In this document: piece by piece, positions 40,614-48,540 of the stretch
How positions within the stretch are numbered: position 1 is the first letter of the stretch
Layout of the letters: every line of letters starts with the position of its first letter
From: a virus
Taxonomy: Duplodnaviria > Caudoviricetes
Direction: 5' to 3' (one strand)
IMG/VR virus record: IMGVR_UViG_3300009095_000010
Coordinates: 60,338 to 124,337 of that record
DNA length: 64,000 nt
Position numbers and translations under genes: made by a program
Notes under the pieces: model-generated
Told to the model about the DNA's origin: nothing
The model's input: only the letters and a program-made list of their open reading frames with translations
Databases searched by the model: none

Positions 40614-42666
40614 CTTGCAATCTATTTAATTTAGCTTCAAGATCTGGTATACTTTCCTCAAGAGAATATAATTCTTTTATATCTTCTTTATCTTTTTGCA
40701 ATTCTCTAGCTATTGTCTTCATTGATCTTATATCAGTTTCTCTTATAAGATCATAAGGCATGTGTTCCTTTTCTGACTTGCGCTTTGACTTCTCTATAAA
40801 CATTCTAGAATTATACATCTCACCCAAAGAAGCAAGACCTGTATAAACATCTATTAATGAATCATAGAACCTAATTGAACTTGATATCAAACTTCTAAAA
40901 TCAATATTTCTTTTCTCAAGATTATCCATCATCTGCTGAAGATTATCTCTAGATGTTCTGAGATTACGATCAACAGATAGTCTTAAAGACCTATCAATTT
41001 TACCCCAAGACATTTGGGTGCGAAATCTCTTGAGCATTCTAGTAAAACTATTTGATGCAAGAGACACTAAACCATAACTTATCTTGGCTATAGTTTGCAG
41101 TTCTTTTCTATAAGCCTCGGTAAAATTCAATGCCTGATCTTGTAAACTCTTCTCGTCTATGGTTGTTCCAAACTCAAAACTATCATCACCATTGGATAAG
41201 TTCAATTCAGTTTTGTATGCATTTACTGATGTCTTGATATCTCCAACAAGCTTTATGAACATTAGATATTGTATATGTTGTTTCTCAATATACTTTTTGA
41301 TATCAAAACCATCTGGGATTGAAGATATAATAAGTTTTGTTGCATAATCAGCTTGAGCATTCAAAGCACTCCATTGATTTCGAATTCGATCATCCCAAGG
41401 ATCTGGAATGCTCCCAAGCTCAGAAACAGATTGAAATACTTCTCTGTAAAGTTGTTGAATGTTTTCAACCAAATGTCTTCTATAAATAATAGATCTTTCA
41501 TCAGGAGAAACTTCTGGAATAGATTCAGGAACAGACTCCTCAATGATTTCTTGTATCTCAGGAACAATATTTTCTTTTTCAACTACCCTGCTAGGCTCTT
41601 CAACCATAGGTACATCTATCTTTAGTGATGGAACATTTACAACATCCTTTGTTGGTTTTTGTTTTGGAACATCTACTGGCACAACGTTTTTTGTGTTAAA
41701 AGAATCGTCATTGATAAATGATGGTTTAGATTTCTGAGGTTCTTCAACAGGTTTCTTAGCTGGTTTTGGAACCTCAACTCTCTGAGCTTTTGGCAGCGGC
41801 TCTTCCTTTATATTCTCATCAAGATTCTCTATTTTTTTATCAATATTAATCTTCTCATCAAGAGGTTGAGATGGTCTTGACTTAGTCAGTCTTGACTTAA
41901 GTTCTTCTCTTTCTTTCTGAGTTTTTTCTTTTTCTAAATTCTTCTTCTTTTCATCTAGCTTTCTCTCCTGTTCCTTTACAGACTTTAAAAGATCAGATGA
42001 TATGCTATTACTAGTCTCAAGCATTTCCTTGAGATTAGCTCGAAAAGGAGAAAAGAAAGTAGCTTTTGCATCAGCATATAAGTTCTTTGAGAGATGAATA
42101 GCATCAAGTATAGAAGGGTCATTACTTAGAACTTTATCTTCAACCTCTTGCAAATTATTATCAACCCTTCCAAGAGCATTGAGTAAAGATAAACGCTCAG
42201 CCTTTCCTTTCTCAGAACCAAATGGCGCAACAATGTTAGCCCATAAACGAGTAAGTTTATTAGAAGCTTCTTTACGAATAAGAAGATCTAACGCAGCTTT
42301 TACTTCAACGTCTTGCTGAATTTCTTGCATCTTCTGAGTACGCTCATAAAGTCTCTGAACTCTTTCGGCTGCATAATCATCTTGCATTTGATCTGCTCGT
42401 TGAATACCCTCTAGGATTGAATTCAATTCTTGAATTGCAACTCTACCAGACTGGGCAACCTCACTTGGCATAGGGTCTGTGAGTTTATATTTTTCAACTC
42501 CAATATCAGGAGCCGGCCCACCATTCAAACCAGACTTGGTTTTTTTCAAAAGCTCAATCAATCTAGATGTACGAGCATTTATCTCATCCTTCATTTGAAG
42601 AATAGACTCTTGGCTTTGATCCTTTCTAGGTGCTCTTTGCCTAGCTTTTGCTCTCTTTTCAACCAT
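40591..42666 (-). CDS. Large hypothetical protein, possibly internal virion protein
   Basis: 691 aa, two ASN.(L/F)TR-initiated repeats separated by a P/E/K-rich linker. Confidence 0.75.
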   Translation of the reverse strand: MVEKRAKARQRAPRKDQSQESILQMKDEINARTSRLIELLKKTKSGLNGGPAPDIGVEKYKLTDPMPSEVAQSGRVAIQELNSILEGIQRADQMQDDYAAERVQRLYERTQKMQEIQQDVEVKAALDLLIRKEASNKLTRLWANIVAPFGSEKGKAERLSLLNALGRVDNNLQEVEDKVLSNDPSILDAIHLSKNLYADAKATFFSPFRANLKEMLETSNSISSDLLKSVKEQERKLDEKKKNLEKEKTQKEREELKSRLTKSRPSQPLDEKINIDKKIENLDENIKEEPLPKAQRVEVPKPAKKPVEEPQKSKPSFINDDSFNTKNVVPVDVPKQKPTKDVVNVPSLKIDVPMVEEPSRVVEKENIVPEIQEIIEESVPESIPEVSPDERSIIYRRHLVENIQQLYREVFQSVSELGSIPDPWDDRIRNQWSALNAQADYATKLIISSIPDGFDIKKYIEKQHIQYLMFIKLVGDIKTSVNAYKTELNLSNGDDSFEFGTTIDEKSLQDQALNFTEAYRKELQTIAKISYGLVSLASNSFTRMLKRFRTQMSWGKIDRSLRLSVDRNLRTSRDNLQQMMDNLEKRNIDFRSLISSSIRFYDSLIDVYTGLASLGEMYNSRMFIEKSKRKSEKEHMPYDLIRETDIRSMKTIARELQKDKEDIKELYSLEESIPDLEAKLNRLQGEYAGLN

Positions 42667-42949
42667 ATCCTAATGCTCGAATATTAGGTATTCTTACTTC
42701 TCTAGTTGATCCGCATCTCATACAAAGCCTAGTTAAAACCATTCCAGTATCAATGGTTTTCATACTATTGAGTCTCAACCGATCCTTTACCTTAATCATG
42801 GGAAATCCAGGCGTTCTAAATACCGAACTTCTAAACACTACTTCTTTTTTTGAAATAAAAAGCGCATCAGTACTTGCTGCATTACAATCGGAACATCTTA
42901 TTCTATTTGCACAAAGCTTTATTCTCCTAGAGATATCACTCTGAATCAT
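42659..42949 (-). CDS. Zinc-finger protein
   Basis: CSDC...CMRC. Confidence 0.6.
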   Translation of the reverse strand: MIQSDISRRIKLCANRIRCSDCNAASTDALFISKKEVVFRSSVFRTPGFPMIKVKDRLRLNSMKTIDTGMVLTRLCMRCGSTREVRIPNIRALGYG

Positions 42950-43595
42950 CAGACTCCTGTTTATCTTTCTTAGGTTCGCGATTTACAAGCTCTGGCTGTG
43001 GTTTTGTATATGAAAGTATCTTATCAATAATACCATAATCAATAGCATCCTGAGCTGACATATACTTATCCATTTTAGTATCTCGCTTAACCTTAGCCTT
43101 GGTATGACCAGTGTGGCGAGCAAAGATATCAGTGAGACGCTCTTGGATAGCTTTCAGTTCTTTTGTTTCAATTTCGATCTCAGAATTTGAACCAGCCATT
43201 CCACCAACTTGGATCTGGTGGATCATGATTCGTGCAGAGGGCATTGCATAACGCATCCCCTGCGTTCCAGAAGCTAGAAGCATCGCTGCCGCCGAGCAAG
43301 CTTCGCCCATACAGACAGTCTTCACTGGGGCTTTAATTCTTTGAATCATGTCGTAGATAGCAAAGAACCCATGTGCAATTCCACCTGGACTATTGATCCA
43401 TAATTGGATTGGCGAGTCTTCATCTTCTCGGTCTAGTAAAAATAACAAAGACAATATACTGGAAGTATTCTCTTCATCTAATTCTTCTGAAAGGAAGATT
43501 ACTCTGTCTTTTATTAGACGAGACGAAACGTCATAAATCTTCTCACCATCTTTTGTCTTTTCAAAGAAAACAGGATTTAAATTATATGTTCGCAT
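42936..43595 (-). CDS. clpP: ClpP protease subunit
   Basis: INSPGG, GEACSAA (Ser), RIMIHQ (His), DKYMSAQDA..YGIID. Confidence 0.95.
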   Translation of the reverse strand: MRTYNLNPVFFEKTKDGEKIYDVSSRLIKDRVIFLSEELDEENTSSILSLLFLLDREDEDSPIQLWINSPGGIAHGFFAIYDMIQRIKAPVKTVCMGEACSAAAMLLASGTQGMRYAMPSARIMIHQIQVGGMAGSNSEIEIETKELKAIQERLTDIFARHTGHTKAKVKRDTKMDKYMSAQDAIDYGIIDKILSYTKPQPELVNREPKKDKQESDDSE

Positions 43596-43660
43596 ACTTA
43601 GGGCTCCTCGAACTATACGAGGTTATTGATTGTACAGTATTACATTTATACTGTAATGTA

Positions 43661-43996
43661 CTATCCGTGTAACTCTGCGTGTTCGGCACAGGTCACGCAA
43701 AGAGTTACACCCGGTAATACTTCCAATCGCCTAAGCTCTATCGACTCTCCACATTCTTCACAGTCACCAAAATCTCCATCATCGATTTTATCTATAGCTC
43801 TATTAAGAGATTCTAGTTTAAGTATGTTTTTTTGAGATATTTGATTTTGTACTATAAGTAAATTGGCACCTTGAAGTTTGTCAACTTCATCTCCAGCAAC
43901 ATCAATTTCAAAATCTGATTTCTTGATAACCTGAATAATATTATCTCTTAGTTCTATGTATTTGATTTTCAAAGCTAAAAGTTCTTTTTTCTTCAT
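43661..43996 (-). CDS. DksA/TraR C4 zinc-finger protein
   Basis: GDEVD coiled-coil tip, FGDCEECGESI...RL..LP...LCVTC. Confidence 0.9.
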   Translation of the reverse strand: MKKKELLALKIKYIELRDNIIQVIKKSDFEIDVAGDEVDKLQGANLLIVQNQISQKNILKLESLNRAIDKIDDGDFGDCEECGESIELRRLEVLPGVTLCVTCAEHAELHG

Positions 43997-44107
43997 TTCG
44001 TTGACGTTCCTATTGTCATAAAGTTAAACTATTTCGCAGCCACATAGAGCTGCGAATACTGCGACATTGGAAACTATGCCTAGAAATTAGAAAAAAATTA
44101 AAATAAA

Positions 44108-44135
44108 AAAGGCTCTCGGAGAACCGAGAGCCTTT
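44108..44135 (-). terminator. Rho-independent terminator
   Basis: AAAGGCTCTCGG-agaa-CCGAGAGCCTTT followed by a T-run on the minus strand. Confidence 0.8.
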
Positions 44136-44160
44136 ATTTGAGTTGGAATTGTTTTGCTTG

Positions 44161-44691
44161 TTAGAGAGCTTTGACGTTATCCAAGTCCGCAAGGCGGATC
44201 ACTTCGCGCTTCTTGAGCTTCGGCTTCTGAACCTTGGAGTTAGGATCGATGCGGTCACCGAATTCGATGGAGATCAATTCATCATCATCGTATTCCTCAC
44301 CATCCACAGCGCAGGCACAGAGACCTGAACCGTAAACGGTCCAGCCTTTGAACTGTGCCTCGACGGCCTTGGTTGTTCGCTTGGCAAGCTGGGAGGGCGT
44401 CACGGTCACAGAGATACGCTGAGCGGAAGACTTACCCGTTCCCATGGCAAGGTAGAAGCCCATACCGCCACCTTGAAGGGAAGCGCCATCCTCACAGACC
44501 TGAGCTTCGATCTGTTTGCTTTCAAGGAAAGCAGCCTTCGCATCTTCTGCATCCGCAGCTTCGATCACTTCATGAATGACCTTCTTGCCCTGAACACCTG
44601 CGCAAAAGTAATATCGAGAACGAGCGCCTCGCTTACCGCTCTTGCTTTCGTTCTCTGCTCCTTCAACTGCACTCTGAGTGGGGTCTGACAT
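44161..44691 (-). CDS. Hypothetical protein, probably highly expressed/early
   Basis: GC-richer codon usage, own promoter and terminator; likely start MSDPTQ. Confidence 0.75.
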   Translation of the reverse strand: MSDPTQSAVEGAENESKSGKRGARSRYYFCAGVQGKKVIHEVIEAADAEDAKAAFLESKQIEAQVCEDGASLQGGGMGFYLAMGTGKSSAQRISVTVTPSQLAKRTTKAVEAQFKGWTVYGSGLCACAVDGEEYDDDELISIEFGDRIDPNSKVQKPKLKKREVIRLADLDNVKAL

Positions 44692-44751
44692 TTTGATTTT
44701 ACCTTTCAATTTTTTACATTAGCTATTGGGCAGATGCCCGATGACGAAAGA

Positions 44752-44780
44752 AGACTATCGAAGTTTTATCTTCTCGTCAA
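44752..44780 (-). promoter_or_regulatory. Sigma70-type promoter
   Basis: TTGACG-17 bp-TAGTCT. Confidence 0.65.
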
Positions 44781-45132
44781 GAGTCTTTACGTCTTTTTTT
44801 TCGAGAGCAACTTCCCGGAAGTTGCTCTCTCTGTCTCGGATAAGGATGCGAAATGATTCATGCGGATGAAACTTGATTGTGCAGAATCCTTCGAGCTGAC
44901 GAACTTCCTGCCTTGAAATATCGTTTGCAGTGTAACCAGAACGAAAAAATGGAGAAAGAGTTCCGAACCTTCGGACAGTCACAACATGATTTTCTATCAT
45001 GTCATTCGAAATCTGATCGATAATGACACCAATACATCTATACAAAGTTCGGTGAGGAATCGCACCACCTAATCTTGAATGTAATCTATTGGATAGATCT
45101 ACCCTTCCAATCCTTTGTTTTCTCTTCTTCGT
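44755..45132 (-). CDS. HU/IHF-like DNA-binding protein (start uncertain, possibly non-AUG)
   Basis: VTVRRFGTL...KFHPHESFR; helix 1 (RVDLSNRL) encoded upstream of the track TTG. Confidence 0.75.
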   Translation of the reverse strand, partial: TKKRKQRIGRVDLSNRLHSRLGGAIPHRTLYRCIGVIIDQISNDMIENHVVTVRRFGTLSPFFRSGYTANDISRQEVRQLEGFCTIKFHPHESFRILIRDRESNFREVALEKKDVKTLDEKIKLR

Positions 45133-45284
45133 AATTCCTCCGAGATTCCAAGCAGCTCAGTATCAATATCATCCATCTGCTTTCTCAATTTTCTTTTCAT
45201 CTGTATCAAAGATTTCTTGAATATCTTCAACTCTTGATGTTCAACAGTAGATAGATCAGGTGGAATGGTATCATAATCACTCAT
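45099..45284 (-). CDS. Small coiled-coil protein
   Basis: 61-aa ORF. Confidence 0.6.
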   Translation of the reverse strand: MSDYDTIPPDLSTVEHQELKIFKKSLIQMKRKLRKQMDDIDTELLGISEELRRRENKGLEG

Positions 45285-45308
45285 GCTATGTTGTTGAATA
45301 TATCAACA

Positions 45309-45352
45309 GAATAAGGGGTGATGAATGAATAAACAAACATCACCCCTTATTC
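45309..45352. terminator. Terminator-like hairpin
   Basis: GAATAAGGGGTGATG...CATCACCCCTTATTC, 15-bp stem after the NADAR gene. Confidence 0.7.
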
Positions 45353-45366
45353 ATTTATGATAGTTT

Positions 45367-46194
45367 CTACACCATCGAGAACCAGTCTTCGTCCTCAGAG
45401 TCTGAAGGACGAGTCAGGAAACCAACATCTTCATCTTCTTCATCTTGTATTCCAAAGATATTGATTGCCCCATCTCCAAGCTTGTCAGATATGAAAGACA
45501 CAGCTTCCTGCATATTTTGCAACTTGGAAACAGCATCTTGAACTTTACTCAGTAGCATGCCAGTTCTTCTAGCAATCAGGCCTGCATCATAATCGTTTTT
45601 GTCAACAAGAGTCATGAGAGCGAGTGCTCCATCATACATTTGTTGACAAGCATCAAGAATTTCTTCAGACGGTTCATTAGAAAGAACAGCTTTCAAAGGA
45701 CTGAAAGCTGGTTGATCTGAAACGATTCCATCTATTTCGTCCTCGTCAGACTCCGTCCCAATGATACCTGTGATAGTTTGGACTTCAGATCTTACGTTAG
45801 ACATGATTTGTCCAAGATAGTTTTGACCACTACCATCACGTCCTGTTCCCCAGAAATCATCATAGCCCGACATGATGATTTCAGATGTTCCTGTCTTAGC
45901 AAGACGAGATGCAAGCTCAGAATCCTGAGTGAACTTCTGACGAATGAGAAGCTCCATAATCTTTGTTTTTACATTGTCCCAATCGGGACGAATATCACCT
46001 CTGCCACGACCAATACGGCGTGCAGCTTTAACATCTTCAGCCTCAGCAATATCTTCTCTGACATCACGATCATGAAACTTAGAGGCCTGAAATGCATGCT
46101 CGACAGATGGGTATGTGATTCCGTCAATGGATACATCAGAAACATAATCGTTACGCATCCAGTCGACATTACCAATTATAATTTGACCGTTCAT
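45367..46194 (-). CDS. NADAR (YbiA-like) protein with acidic C-terminal extension
   Basis: YPSVEHAFQASKF, RPDWD..K..IM...KF.Q, D.FWG..G.N.LG..M.VR. Confidence 0.92.
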   Translation of the reverse strand: MNGQIIIGNVDWMRNDYVSDVSIDGITYPSVEHAFQASKFHDRDVREDIAEAEDVKAARRIGRGRGDIRPDWDNVKTKIMELLIRQKFTQDSELASRLAKTGTSEIIMSGYDDFWGTGRDGSGQNYLGQIMSNVRSEVQTITGIIGTESDEDEIDGIVSDQPAFSPLKAVLSNEPSEEILDACQQMYDGALALMTLVDKNDYDAGLIARRTGMLLSKVQDAVSKLQNMQEAVSFISDKLGDGAINIFGIQDEEDEDVGFLTRPSDSEDEDWFSMV

Positions 46195-46196
46195 AG

Positions 46197-46637
46197 TTAT
46201 TCTTCTTCTCTTTTTGAGATTAGATCGTGGTTAATTTTTTCACCCTTGAGCTTCGCAGCATTATATCTTTGAAGTTCTTCTTGCTCAATCTCAGCAAGTG
46301 TGTATCCAACTATACTTTGTTCGCCAGACGATCTGTTGAATTCATTTCTTCTAGATCTAATATAATCGAGATTGGTATAAATTCGACCTAATTCTTTGTT
46401 TACCATATCAACAGCATGGTGACAAGTAGGTAAGTTTTTTAATCTAGCGAGTCGAATAAGAAGTGCATGCTCTTCTTCTTTATCTTTCTCGATCTTGTTT
46501 CGAAGATCTATTTTTTCCTGAAGAGCCGCTTTTTGTTTTTGAATTCTTGATTGCTCTTCAAAATAGACACCAATAAACAAAGCTGCTAAAACCGAAGCTA
46601 GTATTGTAGCCCTAATCTTATTAGATTTATGACTCAT
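46197..46637 (-). CDS. Membrane-anchored hypothetical protein
   Basis: TM segment ATILASVLAALFIGVYF; likely start MSHKSN. Confidence 0.65.
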   Translation of the reverse strand: MSHKSNKIRATILASVLAALFIGVYFEEQSRIQKQKAALQEKIDLRNKIEKDKEEEHALLIRLARLKNLPTCHHAVDMVNKELGRIYTNLDYIRSRRNEFNRSSGEQSIVGYTLAEIEQEELQRYNAAKLKGEKINHDLISKREEE

Positions 46638-47073
46638 TCCAGTTTGCTCCCGGCTTGACCCTGCCTTGATCATCTCTCGTTACAATATCATTATCACCCA
46701 TCCACTTCAATGCTCGCATAATTAGAATATCATGATCATAAGATGCAATGCTCTTGATGATATCAGATACATTAATTGGTCCTTCTGCCTCTACAACATC
46801 CTTGATCTTCTGACGAAGATCTAAAATCTCATCAGAATTGTAATTGATATCTTCAGACACAGGTGTATTCACAGTTCGTCTACGACGATATGAATCATCA
46901 CCGAAGTGATCAAGAACTCCAATCAATTGAACACGGCGAAGCTTTAACTTCTCCGCTGTACTGAGCTTTGTATCGATGTCTTCAATTTCTTGTTTAGCCG
47001 CATCTAAAGCTTCTAAACCTTTCTTTGATGACTCTGCAATGAATTGAACAATGAACTTTCCATCGGCTGACAT
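46627..47073 (-). CDS. Hypothetical protein with C-terminal winged-helix-like segment
   Basis: GPINVSDII...IMRALKWM...IVTRD..GRV. Confidence 0.6.
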   Translation of the reverse strand: MSADGKFIVQFIAESSKKGLEALDAAKQEIEDIDTKLSTAEKLKLRRVQLIGVLDHFGDDSYRRRRTVNTPVSEDINYNSDEILDLRQKIKDVVEAEGPINVSDIIKSIASYDHDILIMRALKWMGDNDIVTRDDQGRVKPGANWNES

Positions 47074-47271
47074 TTAACCTGATTTCCTTACCACAATTTC
47101 ATATTTGTAATATGAAGGGTATTCTTTGCTCAATGCTACGAAACCCTCTTCATCGGTAGCTATCTTGGATTCTTTTGATTGAATAGCAAACAAAAGATCA
47201 TCAGCGATGAAGTCTTGCAGACAATGCTCTTGTGCCTCTATTTTATAAGGGCAGAGTATATAAAATACCAT
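47074..47271 (-). CDS. Small hypothetical protein
   Basis: 65-aa ORF. Confidence 0.6.
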   Translation of the reverse strand: MVFYILCPYKIEAQEHCLQDFIADDLLFAIQSKESKIATDEEGFVALSKEYPSYYKYEIVVRKSG

Positions 47272-47316
47272 TATATTATGCTTTGCATTATTGCCTGCGG
47301 ACGGACCGTACCACCA

Positions 47317-47841
47317 TCACAAGACTTCGTCAACCTCAATAATCTCTGAAAGGTTCTTACGAAGCTCTTCGGGGGGCTCCCCTGGTTGCCAGAGAACCCC
47401 ATCTTGTACCATATGTTCAAAACCTAAAGCAAGTTGTAATCTCTGAGCTAGTGATACCTCAATCCATTTATCTCCAGCTTTTACGATGAGCGTTCCTTTA
47501 TCATCTTCATTGGCCCAATCATACCTGAAACCAACACGCACTGCATCTTCTTGAAGATTATCTTCGATGTCTTTGAAACCAACTACAGCAGCAATCTCTA
47601 AGGAATCCAGGCTGGGATCCAAAGCTGTAAGTAGACAACAAGTCTTTCCTTCGATACCGAAAGCTTCACCGTACCACATCGGAATCTTCTTGACAAGACC
47701 TTTATCGTCTTGAACTTTCAAAGTTGATTTTACCAAAAGATCTTTATGTGTTAGAGATGTTTTACCTAATGAAAATGGCGTTGCCCCTAAATCCTTAGAT
47801 AGCTTACGAGACAACTCTCTGTTCAACATAAAGTCTGTCAT
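47317..47841 (-). CDS. Hypothetical protein
   Basis: 174-aa ORF. Confidence 0.7.
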   Translation of the reverse strand: MTDFMLNRELSRKLSKDLGATPFSLGKTSLTHKDLLVKSTLKVQDDKGLVKKIPMWYGEAFGIEGKTCCLLTALDPSLDSLEIAAVVGFKDIEDNLQEDAVRVGFRYDWANEDDKGTLIVKAGDKWIEVSLAQRLQLALGFEHMVQDGVLWQPGEPPEELRKNLSEIIEVDEVL

Positions 47842-48086
47842 TTGAATCCTTGAGTAGAAAATGTTTTCAACATAGAAACTAGTTCATTTGGAACTGTTGG
47901 CTTTGGAAGTTTTTCTATTTCTTGAGCAATGAATGTTTCATAGTCGAAAGGATCATTGTCACGATCTTTTCTGAGTAGAAGTTCAGACATGGCTTCTCTG
48001 GCTTCTTTTTTAAAAAAGCCGAAAGCTCTGTAAGCAACAACTATTGAGGCGAGGCCTTGAGATGTTTTATCACTTAGATCTTTCAT
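47838..48086 (-). CDS. Hypothetical protein
   Basis: 82-aa ORF. Confidence 0.7.
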   Translation of the reverse strand: MKDLSDKTSQGLASIVVAYRAFGFFKKEAREAMSELLLRKDRDNDPFDYETFIAQEIEKLPKPTVPNELVSMLKTFSTQGFK

Positions 48087-48399
48087 TGATCATTCTTTTG
48101 GTCAGAGTTTTCTTAGCTTTGAACTTAGGAAAAACTTTTCGCGCATTTCCAGTAGTAAGTGGAGACGAAATGAAAAACGTTCCAAATCCCCTTATATCCA
48201 CAGCTTCGCCTCTAAGCATAGCTGTTCTAATCTCTTGGAAAAATAATGAAAGAATCCTTTCAGATTGTTCTTTGGTAAGACCACAATAAGCTACAAGTGC
48301 ATCTAAAACATGATCAAGTTCTTTTACTTCAACTGGATGACCATCGCCCCTACTGGCAAGGTACTCATCAATCCCTGGTAGACCTTCGAACTCTTCCAT
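48070..48399 (-). CDS. HU/IHF-like protein with shortened beta arms
   Basis: GLTKEQSERIL..FFQEI..AM.RGEAVDIRGFGTF...PKFKAKK.L. Confidence 0.85.
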   Translation of the reverse strand: MEEFEGLPGIDEYLASRGDGHPVEVKELDHVLDALVAYCGLTKEQSERILSLFFQEIRTAMLRGEAVDIRGFGTFFISSPLTTGNARKVFPKFKAKKTLTKRMINERSK

Positions 48400-48540
48400 G
48401 TGTTGTATCTTTTTGTTAATCGATAAATAAATCGAAAAAGCTACCCTAGTTAATTAATGTTAAATTAAAGCATTAAGACCATGACCATGACACATGACCA
48501 CTGCTGTAAGCCGATCTTGAACCATGGTTCTCGACCAAAA

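Noticed and set aside
48400-48540. Replication origin (AT-rich tract plus CATGAC x3)
   Set aside because: Repeats too short and too few
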